Source of the DNA: Tubulanus polymorphus
Lineage: Eukaryota > Animalia > Nemertea
DNA: 64,000 nucleotides
Reading direction: 5' to 3'
Assembly: GCF_964204645.1 (NCBI RefSeq)
Contig: NC_134029.1
Location: forward strand, 14,936,950-15,000,949
Both the position numbers and the translations under genes were made by a program. Position 1 is the first letter of the stretch. Every line of letters begins with the position of its first letter. This document shows, in pieces, positions 32,659 to 47,250 of the stretch. The notes under the pieces were generated by a model. It was not told the DNA's origin, ran no database searches, and was given only the letters and a program-made list of their open reading frames with translations.

Positions 32659-35412
32659 AGTTATTAAGAAATCGGGAAATGGGTAACTTAATAGAAACCC
32701 CTTAAATAATTTATATTTGTCAACTACAACTTCTGTTTAACGTTAGATACATTTCTCTTTTAGGTAACAAGAAAGTGAAGTGGGATCAGAGAATATGGGT
32801 GTTTTACATCTAAATATTAGGCTGTAGTTGTTTTATTATACTGTATAGACTTTCAATGTACTATATTTGCCCGAATTGCAGTTTCTATTACTTCCGATGT
32901 TCGGTCGTTGTTAATGGTAACAGCAACAGCTGTTCTGTATTAATTTCAACATTCCACGCATATCTTAACGGGCTTCGGAAGTCCGGTGAGGACTGTTTGA
33001 TCGATACAGGTTGCAGAATAAATACATGTGTTTATCAACTGGTGTTTTTTGTTATATCAATTTTCAAGTTGAGGATTTTATATCAAGGTTCCGAAATGAA
33101 TTATCCGGACAATTATACATTGCTCCGCGTAGATAAACAAAAGTACTGAGATATCAAATCCTAATCAAAGTATTTAAAATCACATACTTTCAACTAGCTA
33201 TTATTTTTTAATACATTTTTATTCGAATCTAATATTTTCTTTTGTTACGTAGAATACTTTAAATCTCAAATAGATTCGAACAAAAAATAATAACGTCGAA
33301 TAGATATTAAAATCTAATATAAATTACTTTATACTAGAATACTTTAACTTAACTAACTAGTATTAAAATATTATAATATTTATTTTCTCTTTTTTCTTAT
33401 AATAAATGTCTAAAAAATCAAAGGATAATGTTGCAATATAAAAAACATTAGATGAACTAGGCATAATTGATAACAAAGATACAGTAACTAGTTGTGTTCA
33501 GTTAATAATAATATTGACATTGAATACTACTTATATTGCAAGCATCAACTTATGAGTTATTAATCGCGAGTGGTAAGTGTAAAGAATTCTTAAATAAAAT
33601 AATATATTTTCAAGAAACCAGATAAATTAATCAAACATTCTAAAATATATGAAGAAGCTAGATTAGCGAGAATAAATCATTCTATTAGCGATGGAATATT
33701 AAAATGTTACTCTAAAATATGTAATCGGGTAATACCAGTTAATGATGAAAATAAATTATATAGTGATTTAAAAAATGATTACCTAGTTATGACAGAATTA
33801 CAGAAATGGGTTGGGTATGCATCATTCCAATTAGTGGAATAATGAAATTAATGTCTAATTGAGTTATAACATTTTCTAATATTAGACCTATAGAATATAA
33901 AGATAATAATAAATCAGATAATAATGAAACCGAACGAGAATAGCCTAGATCTGAGAAACAAATTGCGTGGGCAAAAGAATTAGGTAAAAGATCTGCAGGA
34001 TAAAAAAAGCTAAAAAAAAAGAAATTAACTGATATAAATGAATCACAGAAATTATCTGATGTTAATTCAAATAATAATTTATCTTCTAATACTGGAAGTG
34101 ATAATTACTTATATATTACAATCGGATTAATGGCAGTTATTATATTCTCCGGTGTAATATATAAATATATTCAAATTTAATAATTGTGATGAACCTATTA
34201 TACCAGAAAATTAATCAAATGATAGAATTATTGAAAATAATCTAAATTATTATTAATGGATTAAAATATGATGAAAAAAGCATAATTTTCAAGAGATTTT
34301 ATATTATAATCCTGAATGTGAAGTATCATATTCTAGTATGAAAGAATTATGGGATAAAATCAAATCTGATAAAGAAAAAACAAATATAGTGAATTAAAAT
34401 CATGGTTACAAGAACAGCCCACTTGTCAAATAGATAGAAAAATGGATAAAAACTTTTTAACAGGAAAAGTAATGGTATCTTATATCGACCAACAGTGGCA
34501 AGCTGATTTAATAGATATGAAGAACTTAGAATAATATAACAAAGGATGGATATTTCTGGATATTAAATGTTATAGATATAATTAGTAGATACGCATGGAG
34601 TATACCAATCAAAAATAAAACTGGTATAGACGTTACTAATGCGTTCGAATTAATATTTAAAGAAGCTATCCCAGATAAGATACAATTTGATGAAGGTAAA
34701 GAATTTTATAATAATTATTTAAAAAAATAACGATGTAGAGTATTTTTCAACACACTCGGATAAAAAATCATCTATTAATAGAAAGATTTAATAAAACATT
34801 GAAAACTAGAATGTGGAAATATTTTACTGCTAATGAAACATATAAATATATCGATGTGTTAGATGATTTAGTGAAAGGTTATAAAAATTCTAAACATTCA
34901 AGTATTGAGAAGATAATTCGGAAATAGTATGGAATAATTTATATAGTGCATTGCACATGATTTCGGAGAACCTAAGTTTAAAATTGGTCAACATGTTAGA
35001 ATATCTAAATATCGAAAAACATTTTATAAAGGTTATACTCCTAATTTTACTGAAGAAATATTTAAGATTAAAAAGATAATACTAACTAAACCATTTGTAT
35101 ATGAATTAGTAAATCTTAAAGATGAAGAAATATTAGGTTATTTTTATGAACAAGAATTATCACTTGTACCAAATCCAGATGATATAGAATACAAAATTGA
35201 AAAGGTATTGAAAACGTGGTAAGAAATATTTTTGGTGAAATATAAAGGGTATGATATCAAATAGAATTTAAAGAATAAATGAATAATAAAGATTTATTTA
35301 TTTTGAACCACATAATATGTTAGTAAATGGAGTTACCAACTGTGGTAAGACACATTTCATATTAGATTTATTAGAAACTGTTTATAAGAATCATTTTGAT
35401 TATATATTATTA
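32659..35412 (+). mobile_element. Second, decayed and truncated Polinton of a related family
   Basis: Possible terminus AGTTATTAAGAAA at 32659; pseudogenes of ORF201 (TAAATG, ATG 33406), ORF122, integrase (VSYIDQQWQADLIDM, QFDEGKEF) and ATPase (TAAATG, ATG 35279; GVTNCGKT). Confidence 0.85.
34268..35262 (+). pseudogene. Polinton integrase pseudogene
   Basis: Collinear with 27675-28802, with several frameshifts and stops. Confidence 0.85.
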
Positions 35413-35414
35413 TT

Positions 35415-35640
35415 CCGCACTTAAGACTTCAGCAATTGGCCAACATCTGTCAAATTGCCGTGACTGTCAGGTCTCGTTTAGCGAAAAGAATTTCAAAATT
35501 TTAGATAAAGGTTCCTCTGATTTAGATTGCAAAATAGGAGAAGCACTTTTTATCAAAACTCAACAGCCCTCCCTAAATCAACAACTATTGGAACACCGGT
35601 CAGGATTTATTCTCAATGTTTTTAGATAATTAACTACTAG
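35415..35640 (+). mobile_element. 3' fragment of a Penelope-like element (GIY-YIG C-terminus) truncating the second Polinton
   Basis: KTSAIGQHL..C..C...FKILDKGSSDLDCKI.EALFIK.Q.PSLNQQL, nearly the same as the end of ORF 56468-56959. Confidence 0.85.
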
Positions 35641-38253
35641 TCAAATATCTTCACTCAGTAATTTAGATTGTTTGTAATTAATTAGGGTTTTCTGTTACAT
35701 CACAGAAAACCCTATTGAGATTCGCGTGTTTCTTATTATTATTATTATTATTATTATTAGGGTTTTCTGTTACATCACAGAAAACCCTATTGAGATTCGC
35801 GTGTTTCTTATTATTATTATTTTATGTCACACTATTTTCACTAAAATAACTAAGGCTTTGTTACCTTGCCGCTGTTGTCGATACAATCCGTATGATATCG
35901 TTCAGCTCACTGAGATCTACAAATACTCCGCGTGTTTTTTCACGAATCATCGTTACAAAAGCACTGTCGGGCCGTAAACATCGAAAATTTAGCCCCATTC
36001 AATGGGGCGACATGTTTTTCGAGTCGTCATCCCAAAATCAACCCGCAGAATTGTTTTCATTCAAACATTTGTTCCAAAAAAGTTGTTTTCACTCAACCAA
36101 ATTTCTTTGCCGGGACAAAAAGTTCTTCATTTCAACAATAACATAGCTTTTTATTCGAACACATTTGTCAGAATAAAGAAAAGTTTTGGTTCAAACAAAA
36201 AGCGTATTGTTCGATCAAACAGAATTGTTTTCATTCGAACAAGATTTTCTTGTCGGAAGTTTTTTGATCGAACGGCGTGTTAAGGTCGTTTTGGAAATTT
36301 ACTCGGTCTGGTATATTTTGGATTACTGTGTATGTCATTTGTCAGGACATTAAACAGAAGACGACTTAGGATACTACTTTGCGTGACTCCACTAGTTAAA
36401 CCGACTTATTCCAAGATTCCGTTGATTTCGGCTACAAGTTTTCGTTCAGAGATAACTGCTGAGCCATTTGAGCGACCTATCATTGATGCCATTTTCTAAT
36501 AGCCTGTTTAGTAATGGCTGATGTTGAACCTTATCAAATGCTTTGTCGAAATCCACCGTTGAACAGGATTCAAGGCTGTGCAGAAAACCCGTTATCGCTG
36601 CTATTCAGCTATATTTATTAGGGTTTTCTGTTACATCACAGAAAACCCTATTGAGATTCGCGTGTTTCTTATTATTGTCGTAGCTCGGTCCCGATTGACC
36701 GAGATTGGCCTTTGATCAACCTTAGGGCGGGTGAACTATAAATTATGTTATGTTAAACCGCATTGGTGTGACTTGACACGTCAAATGCGTATCCCGTATT
36801 GATATATTTCTATTATCCACTTTTCAAACTATGAATAGCACGCCTGCTCAGAAAACCCGTTATCGCTGCTTTGCAGCTATATTTAGGGTTTTCTGTTATT
36901 TCACAGAAAACCCTATTGATATCCGCGTGATTATTATTATTATTATTTTCTTCCACACTATTTTTACCAAAAGAACATAGGCTTTGTTACCTTACCACTG
37001 TTTCATATACAATCCATATAATATCGTTCAGCTCACTGAGATCTACAAATAGCCCGCGTGTTTTTTCACGAATCATCGTTACAAAAGGGCTGTCGGACCG
37101 TAAACATCGAAAATTTAGCCCCATTCAATGGGGCGACATGTTTTTCGAGTCGTCATCCCGAAATCAACCCGCAGGCCGACTGTCACTTCGATTATCAATT
37201 CAAGTATAAATGAACTAATTTATTGCCGCAGACTTCACATTCAGTCGCGGTCTTCAAACAGTGATTTTAACAATAGCCCATTTTCCTCATCAAATCATAT
37301 TACCGATACACTGGAAATTTACTACTTTAGATTTTAAAAGCACTGTCGAGCCGTAAACATCGACGAATCGACGTGTGTTACTACATCGTCGTTCCGGGGA
37401 TCAGCTGCGAGTTTCTCCTCATCATGAGAATCAAATCGAGTACAAATTAATTTATTACTACCAGTGATTTGGCTGCGGGTTTCAAGGAGTTAGTATAACA
37501 ATACCTATTTTTCTTTACCGAATTAACCGTGTATTTACTAAGATAAATCTTTAGTGTACCGGGGATCGTAGGCCTAAACTAAACACGCCGAAGAGATTTA
37601 GCGGAGAAAAGCTGTTATGTCGACGAGGTATCAAAATAAAAGAATATATTACTTTATTCGGCCGCGGGCTTCAACCTCTATATCAATACCATCAATACTC
37701 TATATTTCCTACAGTACATACCGATCATTGTCAAATGCACAAGGTATTTACTAAATACAAGTATATAACACACTCCTATCCGTATGCTGGACTCACTTGA
37801 CATTCGGAGTAAGCGTTCGCTGTGGGGGAAAGGGATCGTTCGCTGTGTCGCTTGAAGTGTTTATCGAGTTTGACGCGGCTTTAGGCCTACCGGTACTGAG
37901 CTTTACTGTATCAAACAAACACAGTACAATTGTTGCGTTTATTAACGGACTCATTGGATTGAACTTCAAAACAAAATTTACGATATTTAGGTGGGTTGTT
38001 AAATTCAATAGGCCTACGACCAATCTGTCCGGATGTTAGGCCTACGCATATACAAAGGCCTACATAGGCTAGTAGCCTCTACTAAGTTAAGCGTTCGCTG
38101 TAGGGGAAAGGAGATCGTTCGCTGTGTCGCTTGAAGTGTTTATCGAGTTTTAAGCGACCTTAAGGCATTAGTATGGTGGCTGATAAGGGCCATGCGTAAA
38201 AAAAACACGTATATGCAAATGAGGGCGACATTATGACAAAACAACAAAACTAA

Positions 38254-40997
38254 TGTGGCGAAAATTGTCAATATCTGGGGTGGGTTTGACCACAAAATGT
38301 CGGTCTTTGGTGAAATTATATTATGTATTTCGGAATGGCCTTAAGCCGTTCTTTTCTCATTGTTTCTTTTTAGATGTACGTATTCCGGGACGGGGCTGGG
38401 TGTTCTGCGGCGATGTTTCGGGATCTTTTCGGCTCAATTTCAATCTGACAGATTTTTGGCAGTCCTGTCAGATTCCAATTTCACGACCTGGGCAGGCCCC
38501 CGCGGTGTTGGCCACGCCACATCGCGGTGACATTAGCGATTTTTCGGCGCCTGTCCAGGCCATTCTTTTATCCTCCACCTACCTATTAGTGTGTGTTCTC
38601 CTTTTTATATTCGAGACCCAACTTCTTTGATTTTGGGCCGTTTTGGTTCCGTCTTGTCGCCGGAGAATTCTCCAGCCCTGCTCGTGTTTACGCTCGTTTT
38701 TACGACGCCGTTCGCTGGCGCCGCCTCACTTCCGTGTGAGCGTTTTCGCGGTGGTGCGGTTAACTCCGGTTTATTTTTAGTAAATATCTCCGTATCGGTC
38801 TTATAGTCGTCATTTTTCGCGTTAATCTTAAAATATTATAGAACTTAATTCTATTTCTCGCGTATGAAGTCTTTATTTAGGGTTTTATCATTCGTCACGG
38901 TCGAATGATTTCGCGTGCTCTACTTTGTCCGCGGATCGTATCACTGCTCGTCACGCTTGACCAATCACCGCGTGCGTTGACCGCATGAAAACTATAAATT
39001 TGGCGCAATCGCGCTCATTGGCAACTTGGCTCTGGCAGAGCCACATTAGAAACTCTTCTTGCTGCCTCTTCACCGTATTACGAATCGGACGCTGTAAATC
39101 GTACAGATCATGTAAGAAGACAATTTTACTCTCTAATTAAGACACGGGCCTCCGGGTCGTCTGACCCCGGGATCGCTGCAGTGGTTTTTGACATCCCGCC
39201 CTCAGTGAGTCCCGAGTGCCGACGCACCCGGGGGTCGTGTTGTCGTCGGCCATGGGCTGCCGATAAACTCGTCACTTACAATCCTGTAAATATTGTAAAT
39301 TCTCCGTCAGTTCATCGTCTGTTTAAATTCAATCCTCTGACGATGCCAACTTAACGCTCTCGTCGCTGTAATTAGTAATAGTAATAGTAATAATAATAGT
39401 ATGGTAGGCCTATATCTTCTGTGCTATTTCCGTAATTTTACTCCGAGATGTCGTTTCTGCTGACCATGAAAATCACCTGTATTCAGTAACTCCTTTTTCG
39501 AACGAACACGCGGTCGTTTCATCTTCTTGACGTCGCCTCTGAATTTCGACTCTTTGAGTTCGCGTCACCGACATTTTGAATTTGGCGCGCAGTCGTTGAT
39601 TAACGACAACGCTCGTCGTTAACTATTTGACGCTCCGTCGTATAATTCTTATCGTTGATTGAAGACAACGCTCGTCGTTAACTATTTGACGCTCCGTCGT
39701 ATAATTCTTATCGTTGATTAACGACAACGCTCGTCGTTAACTATTTGACGCTCCGTCGTATAATTCATATCGTTGATTAACGACAACGCTCGTCGTTAAC
39801 TATTTGACGCTCCGTCGTATAATTCATATCGTTGATTAACGACCACGCTCGTCGTTAACTATTTGACGCTCCGTCGTATAATTCATATCGTTGATTAACG
39901 ACCACGCTCGTCGTTAACTATTTGACGCTCCGTCGTATAATTCTTATCGTTGATTGAAGACAACGCTCGTCGTTAACTATTTGACGCTCCGTCGTATAAT
40001 TCTTATCGTTGATTAACGACAACGCTCGTCGTTAACTACTTGACGCTCCGTCGTTAACATCTTAATCGTTGATTAGCTTCGACGCTCGTTTACTGAGACC
40101 TAAGTTATTTTAGATACACACCGGAGTCCGCCGCGCCACCGCTTCTATTTGACGTTCGGTCGTCTCCTTTGTATGCTACCGTACATTGACTGTACCAAGG
40201 CTTTGCAAGCCATGAAGGGCACATTCTTTTTATATATCGAAATGTAAATAATCAAGGTGTTTTGCGTGTGGACATGATGTCCCCTTGGCATCAAGAACGA
40301 TGAACTTTGTATTATAAGAAAATATATATATTTAATAATTCGTACTACATTCCAATCAAACTTCGAATCTTGCGTTTATTTGATTCGCCGGCACTGGAAG
40401 GAAGGACGAGGATTTCTGTTTGTTTTCCTGCTGCATCGAACCCATTTAGTTCTACGTGAGGATCGTTCCCCTATTGACCGTCGCTACGGACAACACTTAT
40501 GCATACGACTAGTTTGACAGATCTGGCATGAGTCGCAATTAGCTCCTGAGATGACGGGGGACAGCTATGTGCGAGAGGGCACTTGGAATGGGGGTAGCCA
40601 TATCCGCCGAGTAATCAACACTGCGAGTTTCGTCCGAGGAAAGCCCCTAAAGCGGATTACTCTGAGGAGAGCGGGTTGGGGGGTCTGTATTGGCCACACA
40701 GATTAAGGCTACGTGGAGTAGGGAGGCGACTGTTTGGAGGAGAGCGTACTGCTTAAGCGCCCTTTTTAGCGACATTTTTTAATAGAGGAACCGATTCTAC
40801 AAATTTGTATCATTTACTTTCCTGGGGAAGACAAGAGTCTCCTTGCCGTATTCACTACCCGAGTGCGGTCGACCCAGGCGGACCCGTGTAGCGAGCGCCC
40901 CGGCACAGCAGAGTGACTACGACTACGCTACCTATGGACAACAGCAGTCACTACCTGAATTACTATTTTTTTTTATGTTTACACTACAACCGCTACA
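38254..40997 (+). mobile_element. 2,744-bp solo-LTR-like insertion
   Basis: TGTGGCG...CGCTACA termini, 4-bp TSD CTAA; the empty site (caaaactaaaataac) is visible in sister copies at ~45620 and ~60785; TATA-like CTATAAAT at ~38992; no coding capacity. Confidence 0.75.
39594..40075. repeat. 59-bp minisatellite, ~8 copies, each with two hairpins
   Basis: Unit CGTTGATTAACGACAACGCTCGTCGTTAACTATTTGACGCTCCGTCGTATAATTC(A/T)TAT at 59-bp spacing. Confidence 0.92.
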
Positions 40998-41019
40998 CTA
41001 AAATAACGCGACAAAACAA

Positions 41020-43930
41020 TAATTTTGGTTTTGTCGCCCGCGACAATTCATTATTTCGGTTTTATCGCCCGCGACAACTCATTATTTTGATTTTATCGCC
41101 CGCGACAATTCATTAATTTGGTTTTGTCACCCGCGACAAATCAATATTTTGGTTTTGTCGCCCACGAAAATTCAATATTTTGGGTTTATCGCCCGCGACA
41201 ATTCATTATTTTGGTTTTATCGCCTGCAACAATTCATTGTTTTGGTTTTGTCGCACGCAACAATTAATAATTTTGGTTTTATCGCCCGCGACAATTTTTT
41301 TTGGTACCGGTTTTATCGCCTGCGACACTTCAATATTTTGGTTTTATCACCTGCGACAATTCAATATTTTGGTTTTATCGCCAGCGACATTTCATTATTT
41401 TGGTTTTATCACCTGCGACAATTCAATATTTTGGTTTTATCAACCGGAACAATTGATTATTTTGGTTTTATCGCCCGCAACAATTCAATAATTTTGTTTT
41501 GTCACCCGCGACAAATCAATATTTTGGTTTTGTCGCCCACGAAAATTCAATATTTTGGGTTTATCGCCCGCGACAATTCATTATTTTGGTTTTATCGCCT
41601 GCAACAATTCATTGTTTTGGTTTTGTTGCACGCAACAATTCATAATTTTGGTTTTATCGCCCGCGACAATTTTTTTTTGTACCGGTTTTATCGCCTGCGA
41701 CACATCAATATTTTGGTTTTATCGCCCGCAACAATTCATTAGTTTGGTTTTGTCGCCCGCGACAATTCAATATTTTGGTTTTGTCGCCCGCGACAATTCA
41801 AGATTTTGGTTTTATCGCCCGCGACAATTAAATATTTTGGTTTTATCGCTCGCGACAATTCATTAATTTGGTTTTGTCACCCGTGACAAATCAGTATTTT
41901 GGTTTTGTCGCCCACGACAATTCAATTTTTTGGTTTTATCGCCCGCGACAATCCATTAATTTGGTTTTGTCACCCGCGACAAATCAATATTTTGGTTTTG
42001 TCGCCTGCGACAATTCAATATTTTGGTTTTATCGCCAGCGACAATTGATTATTTTGGTTTTATCAACCGGAACAATTGATTATTTTGGTTTTATCGCCCG
42101 CGACAATTCAATAATTTTGTTTTGTCACCCGCGACAAATCAATATTTTGGTTTTGTCGCCCACGAAAATTCAATATTTTGGGTTTATCGCCCGCGACAAT
42201 TCATTATTTTGGTTTTATCGCCTGCAACAATTCATTGTTTTGGTTTTGTCGCACGCAACAATTCATAATTTTGGTTTTATCGCCCGCGACAATTTTTTTT
42301 GGTACCAGTTTTATCGCCTGCGACACTTCAATATTTTGGTTTTATCACCTGCGACAATTCAATATTTTGGTTTTATCGCCAGCGACATTTCATTATTTTG
42401 GTTTTATCACCTGCGACAATTCAATATTTTGGTTTTATCAACGGGAACAATTGATTATTTTGGTTTTATCGCCCGCGACAATTCAATAATTTTGTTTTGT
42501 CACCCGCGACAAATCAATATTTTGGTTTTGTCGCCCACGAAAATTCAATATTTTGGGTTTATCGCCCGCGACAATTCATTATTTTGGTTTTATCGCCTGC
42601 AACAATTCATTGTTTTGGTTTTGTCGCACGCAACAATTCATAATTTTGGTTTTATCGGCGGCGACAATTTTTTTTGTACCGGTTTTATCGCCTGCGACAC
42701 ATCAATATTTTGGTTTTATCACCTGCGACAATTCAATATTTTGGTTTTATCGCCAGCGACATTTCATTATTTTGGTTTTATCGCCCGCGACAATTCATTA
42801 GTTTGGTTTTGTCGCCCGCGACAATTCAATATTTTGGTTTTGTCCCACGCGACAATTCAATGTTTTTGGTTTTATCGCCTGCGACAATTCAATATTTTGG
42901 TTTTATCGCCAGCGACAATTCATTATTTTGGTTTTATCGCCAGCGACAATTCTTTATTTTGTTTTTGGCGCCCGCGACAATTTTTTTTTGGTTTTGTCGC
43001 CCGCGACAATTCAATATTTTGGTTTTATCGCCCGCGATAATTCATTATTTTGGTTTTGTCGCCCGCGATAATTCATTATTACGGTTTTATCGCCCGCGAC
43101 AATTCATTATTTTGGTTTTATATTTTGTTTTTGTCGCCCCTGACAATTCATTATTTTGGTTTTATCGCCCGCGACAATTCATTATTTTGGTATTGTCGCC
43201 CCGACAATTCTTTTTTTGGTTTTGTCGCCCGCGACAATTCATTAGTTTGGTTTTTGTCGACAATTCATTATTTTGGTGTTGTCGCTCGCGACAATTCACC
43301 ATTTTGGTTTTGTCCCCCGCGACAATTCATTATTTTGGTTTTATCGCCCGCGACAATTTATTATTTTGGTTTTGTCGCCCGCGACAATTTTTCTTTTTGG
43401 TTTTGTCGCCCGAGACAATTCATTATTTTTTTTTAATATTTTGTTTTTGTCGTCCGCGACAATTTTTTTTTGGTTTTGTTGCCCGCGACAATTCACCATT
43501 TTGGTTTTGTCGCCCGCGACAATTCTTTTTTTGGTTTTGTCGCCCGCGACAATTCATTAGTTTGGTTTTGTCGCCCGCGACAATTCAATATTTTGTTTTT
43601 GTCGCCCGCGACAATTCAATATATTGGTTTTATCGCCCACGACAATTCATTACTTTGGTTTTACCTCCAGCGAAAATTCATTATTTTGGTTTTGTTGCCC
43701 GCGACAATTCATTATTTTGGTTTAATCGCCCGGGACGATTCAATAATTTGGTTTTAACGCCCGCGACGATTCATTATTGTGGTTTTATCGCCCGCGACAA
43801 TTCATTATTTTGGTTTTATCGCCCGCGACAATTCATTATTTTTGTTTTGTCAGCCGTTACAATTCATTATTTTGGTTTTGTCACCCGCGACAATTCATAA
43901 TTTTGGTTTTGTCGCCCGTGGTTTTGTCGT
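41020..43930. repeat. 31-bp satellite array with 375-bp higher-order repeats
   Basis: Unit TTTTGGTTTT(A/G)TCGCCCGCGACAATTCA(T/A)TA; same variants recur at 41180/41555 and 42178/42553. Confidence 0.95.
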
Positions 43931-45644
43931 AACATTAAGTTTTTTGATCGAACAGTGTGTTAAGGTAGTTTTGGAAATTTACTCGGTCTGGTATATTTTG
44001 GATTACTGTGTATGTCATTTGTCAGGAGATTAAACAGAAGACTACTTAGGATACTACCTTGCGTGACTCCACTAGTTAGACCGTCTCATTCCAAGATGAG
44101 GCGTTCCGTTGATTTCGGTTACAAGTTTCCGTTCAGAGATAACTGCTGAGCCATTTGGGCGACCTATCATTGATACTGTTTCCTAATAGCCTGTTTAGTA
44201 ATGGCTGATGTTGAGCCTTATCAAATGCTCCGTTGAAATCCACAGTTGAACAGGATTCTAAGACTGTGCAGAAAACCCGTTATCGCTGCTTTGCAGCTAT
44301 ATTTATTATTATTTTCTTCCACACTATTTTTACCAAAAGAACATAGGCTTTGTTACCTTACCGCTGTTTAATATACAATCCATATAATATCGTTCAGCTC
44401 ACTGAGATCTACAAATAGCCCGCGTGTTTTTTCACGAATCATCGTTACAAAAGCGCTGTCGGGCCGTAAACATCGAAAATTTAGCCCCATTCAATGGGGC
44501 GACATGTTTTTCGAGTCGTCATCCCGAAATCAACCCGCAGGCCGACTGTCACTTCGATTATCAATTCAAGTATAAATGAACTAATTTATTGCCGCAGACT
44601 TCAAATTCAGTCGCGGTCTTCAAACAGTGATTTTAACAATAGCCCATTTTCCTCATCAAATCATATTACCGATACACTGGAAATTTACTACTTTAGATTT
44701 TAAAAGCACTGTCGAGCCGTAAACATCGACGAATCGACGTGTGTTACTACATCGTCGTTCCGGGGATCAACTGCGAGTTTCTCCTCATCATGAGAATCAA
44801 ATCGAGTACAAATTAATTTATTACTACCATTGATTTGGCTGCGGGTTTCAAGGAGTTAGTATAACAATACCTATTTTTCTTTACCGAATTAACCGTGTAT
44901 TTACTAAGATAAATCTTTAGTGTACCGGGGAATCGTAGGCCTAAACTAAACACGCCGAAGAGATATAGCGGAGAAAAGCTGTTATGTCGACGAGGTATCA
45001 AAATAAAAGAATATATTACTTTATTCGGCCGCGGGCTTCAACCTCTATATCAATACCATCAATACTCTATATTTCCTACAGTACATACCGATCATTGTCA
45101 AATGCACAAGGTATTTACTAAATACAAGTATATAACACATAATCCTTTCCGTATGCTGGACTCACACTTGACATTCGGAGTAAGCGTTTGCTGTGGGGGA
45201 AAGGAGATCGTTCGCTGTGTCGCTTGAAGTGTTTATCGAGTTTGACGCGGCTTTAGGCCTACCGGTACTGAGCTTTACTGACTCAAACAAACACAGTACA
45301 ATTGTTGCGTTTATTAACGGACTCATTGGATTGAACTTCAAAACAAAATTTACCATATTTAGGTGGGTTGTTAAATTCAATAGGCCTACGACCAATCTGT
45401 CCGGATGTTAGGCCTACGCATATACAAAGGCCTACATAGGCTAGTAGCCTCTACTAGGTTAAGCGTTCGCTGTGGGGGAAAGGAGATCGTTCGCTGTGTC
45501 GCTTGAAGTGTTTATCGAGATTTACGCGACCTTAAGGCTTTAGTGTGGTGGCTGATAAGGGCCATGCGTAAGAAAATGACGTATATGCAAATGAGGGCGA
45601 CATTATGGCAAAACGACAAAACTAAAATAACACGACAAAACAAT

Positions 45645-47250
45645 AATTTTGGTTTTGTCGCCGGCGACAATTCCTTATTTTGGTTTTATCGCCCGCGACA
45701 ATTCATTATTTTGGTTTTATCGCCCGCAACAATTTTTTTTTGTCGCGGTTTTATCGCCCGCGACAATTCATTATTTTGGTTTTATCGCCCGCAACAATTC
45801 ATTAGTTTGGTTTTGTCGCCCGCGACAATTCAAGATTTTGGTTTTTCTGCCGCGACAATTCATTTTTTGGATTTGTCGCCCGCGACAATTCATAATTTTG
45901 GTTTTGTCGCCCGCGCCAATTCATTATTTTGGTTTTATCGCCCGCGACAATTCATTAATTTGGTTTTATCGCCCGCGACAATTCATTAATTTGGTTTTGT
46001 CACCCGCGACATTGGCGACAATTCAAGATTTTGGTTTTATCGCCCGCGACAATTCATTTTTTGGATTTGTCGCCCACGACAATTCAATATTTTGGTTTTA
46101 TCGCCCGCGACAATTCATTATTTTGGTTTTATCGCCCGCGACAATTCATTAATTTGGTTTTATCGCCCGCGACAATTCATTAATTTGGTTTTGTCACCCG
46201 CGACAAAACAATATTTTGATTTTGTCGCCCACGACAATTCAATAATTTGGTTTTATCGCCCGCGACAATTCATTATTTTGGTTTTATCGCCCGCGACAAT
46301 TCATTATTTTGGTTTTGTCGCACGCGACAATGGGGACAATTCAAGATTTTGGTTTTATCGCCCGCGACAATTCATTTTTTGGATTTGTCGCCCACGACAA
46401 TTCAATATTTTTGTTTTATCGCCCGCGACAATTCATTATTTTGGTTTTATCGCCCGCAACAATTTATTATTTTGGTTTCATCGCCCGCGACAATTCATTT
46501 TTTGGTTATGTCGCCCACGACAATTCAATATTTTGGTTTTATCGCCCGCGACAATTCATTATTTTGGTTTCATCGCCCGCGACAATTTTTTTTTCTTTTT
46601 GTCGCGGTTTTATCGCCTGCGACAATTCATTATTTGGTTTTATCGCCCGCGACAATTGAATATTTTGGTTTTGTCGCCCGCGACAATTCATGATTTTGGT
46701 TTTATCGCCCGCGACAATTCATTTTTTTGGTTTTATCGCCCGCGACAATTCATTTTTTTGGTTTTATCGCCCGCGACAATTTATTATTTTGGTTTTATCG
46801 CCCGCGACAATTCATTAGTTTGGTTTTGTCGCCAGCGACAATTGAATATTTTGGTTTTGTCGCCCGCGACAATTCATTATTTTGGTTTTATCGCCCGCGA
46901 CAATTCATTCTTTTGGTTTTGTCGCCCGCGAAAATTCAATATTTTGGTTTTATCGCCCGCGACAATTCATTATTTTGGTTTTGTCGCCCGCGACAATTCA
47001 TTATTTTGGTTTTATATTTTGTTTTTGTCGCCCGCGACAATTCAATATTTTGGTTTTATCGCCCGCGATAATTCATTACTTTGGTTTTGTCGCCCGAGAC
47101 AATTCATTATTTTGGTTTTATCGCCCGCGACAATTCATTTTTTTGGTTTTGTCGCCCGCGACAATTCAATATTTTGGTTTTATCGCCAGCGACAATTGAG
47201 TATTTTGGTTTTATCGCCCGCGACAATTAATTTTTTTGGTTTTGTCGCCC
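45645..47250. repeat. 31-bp satellite array
   Basis: Same unit, same position within the HINE body. Confidence 0.95.

Noticed and set aside
39594-40075. Regular palindromic repeats resembling a CRISPR array
   Set aside because: Units are contiguous with no unique spacers, there are no cas genes, and the context is eukaryotic.
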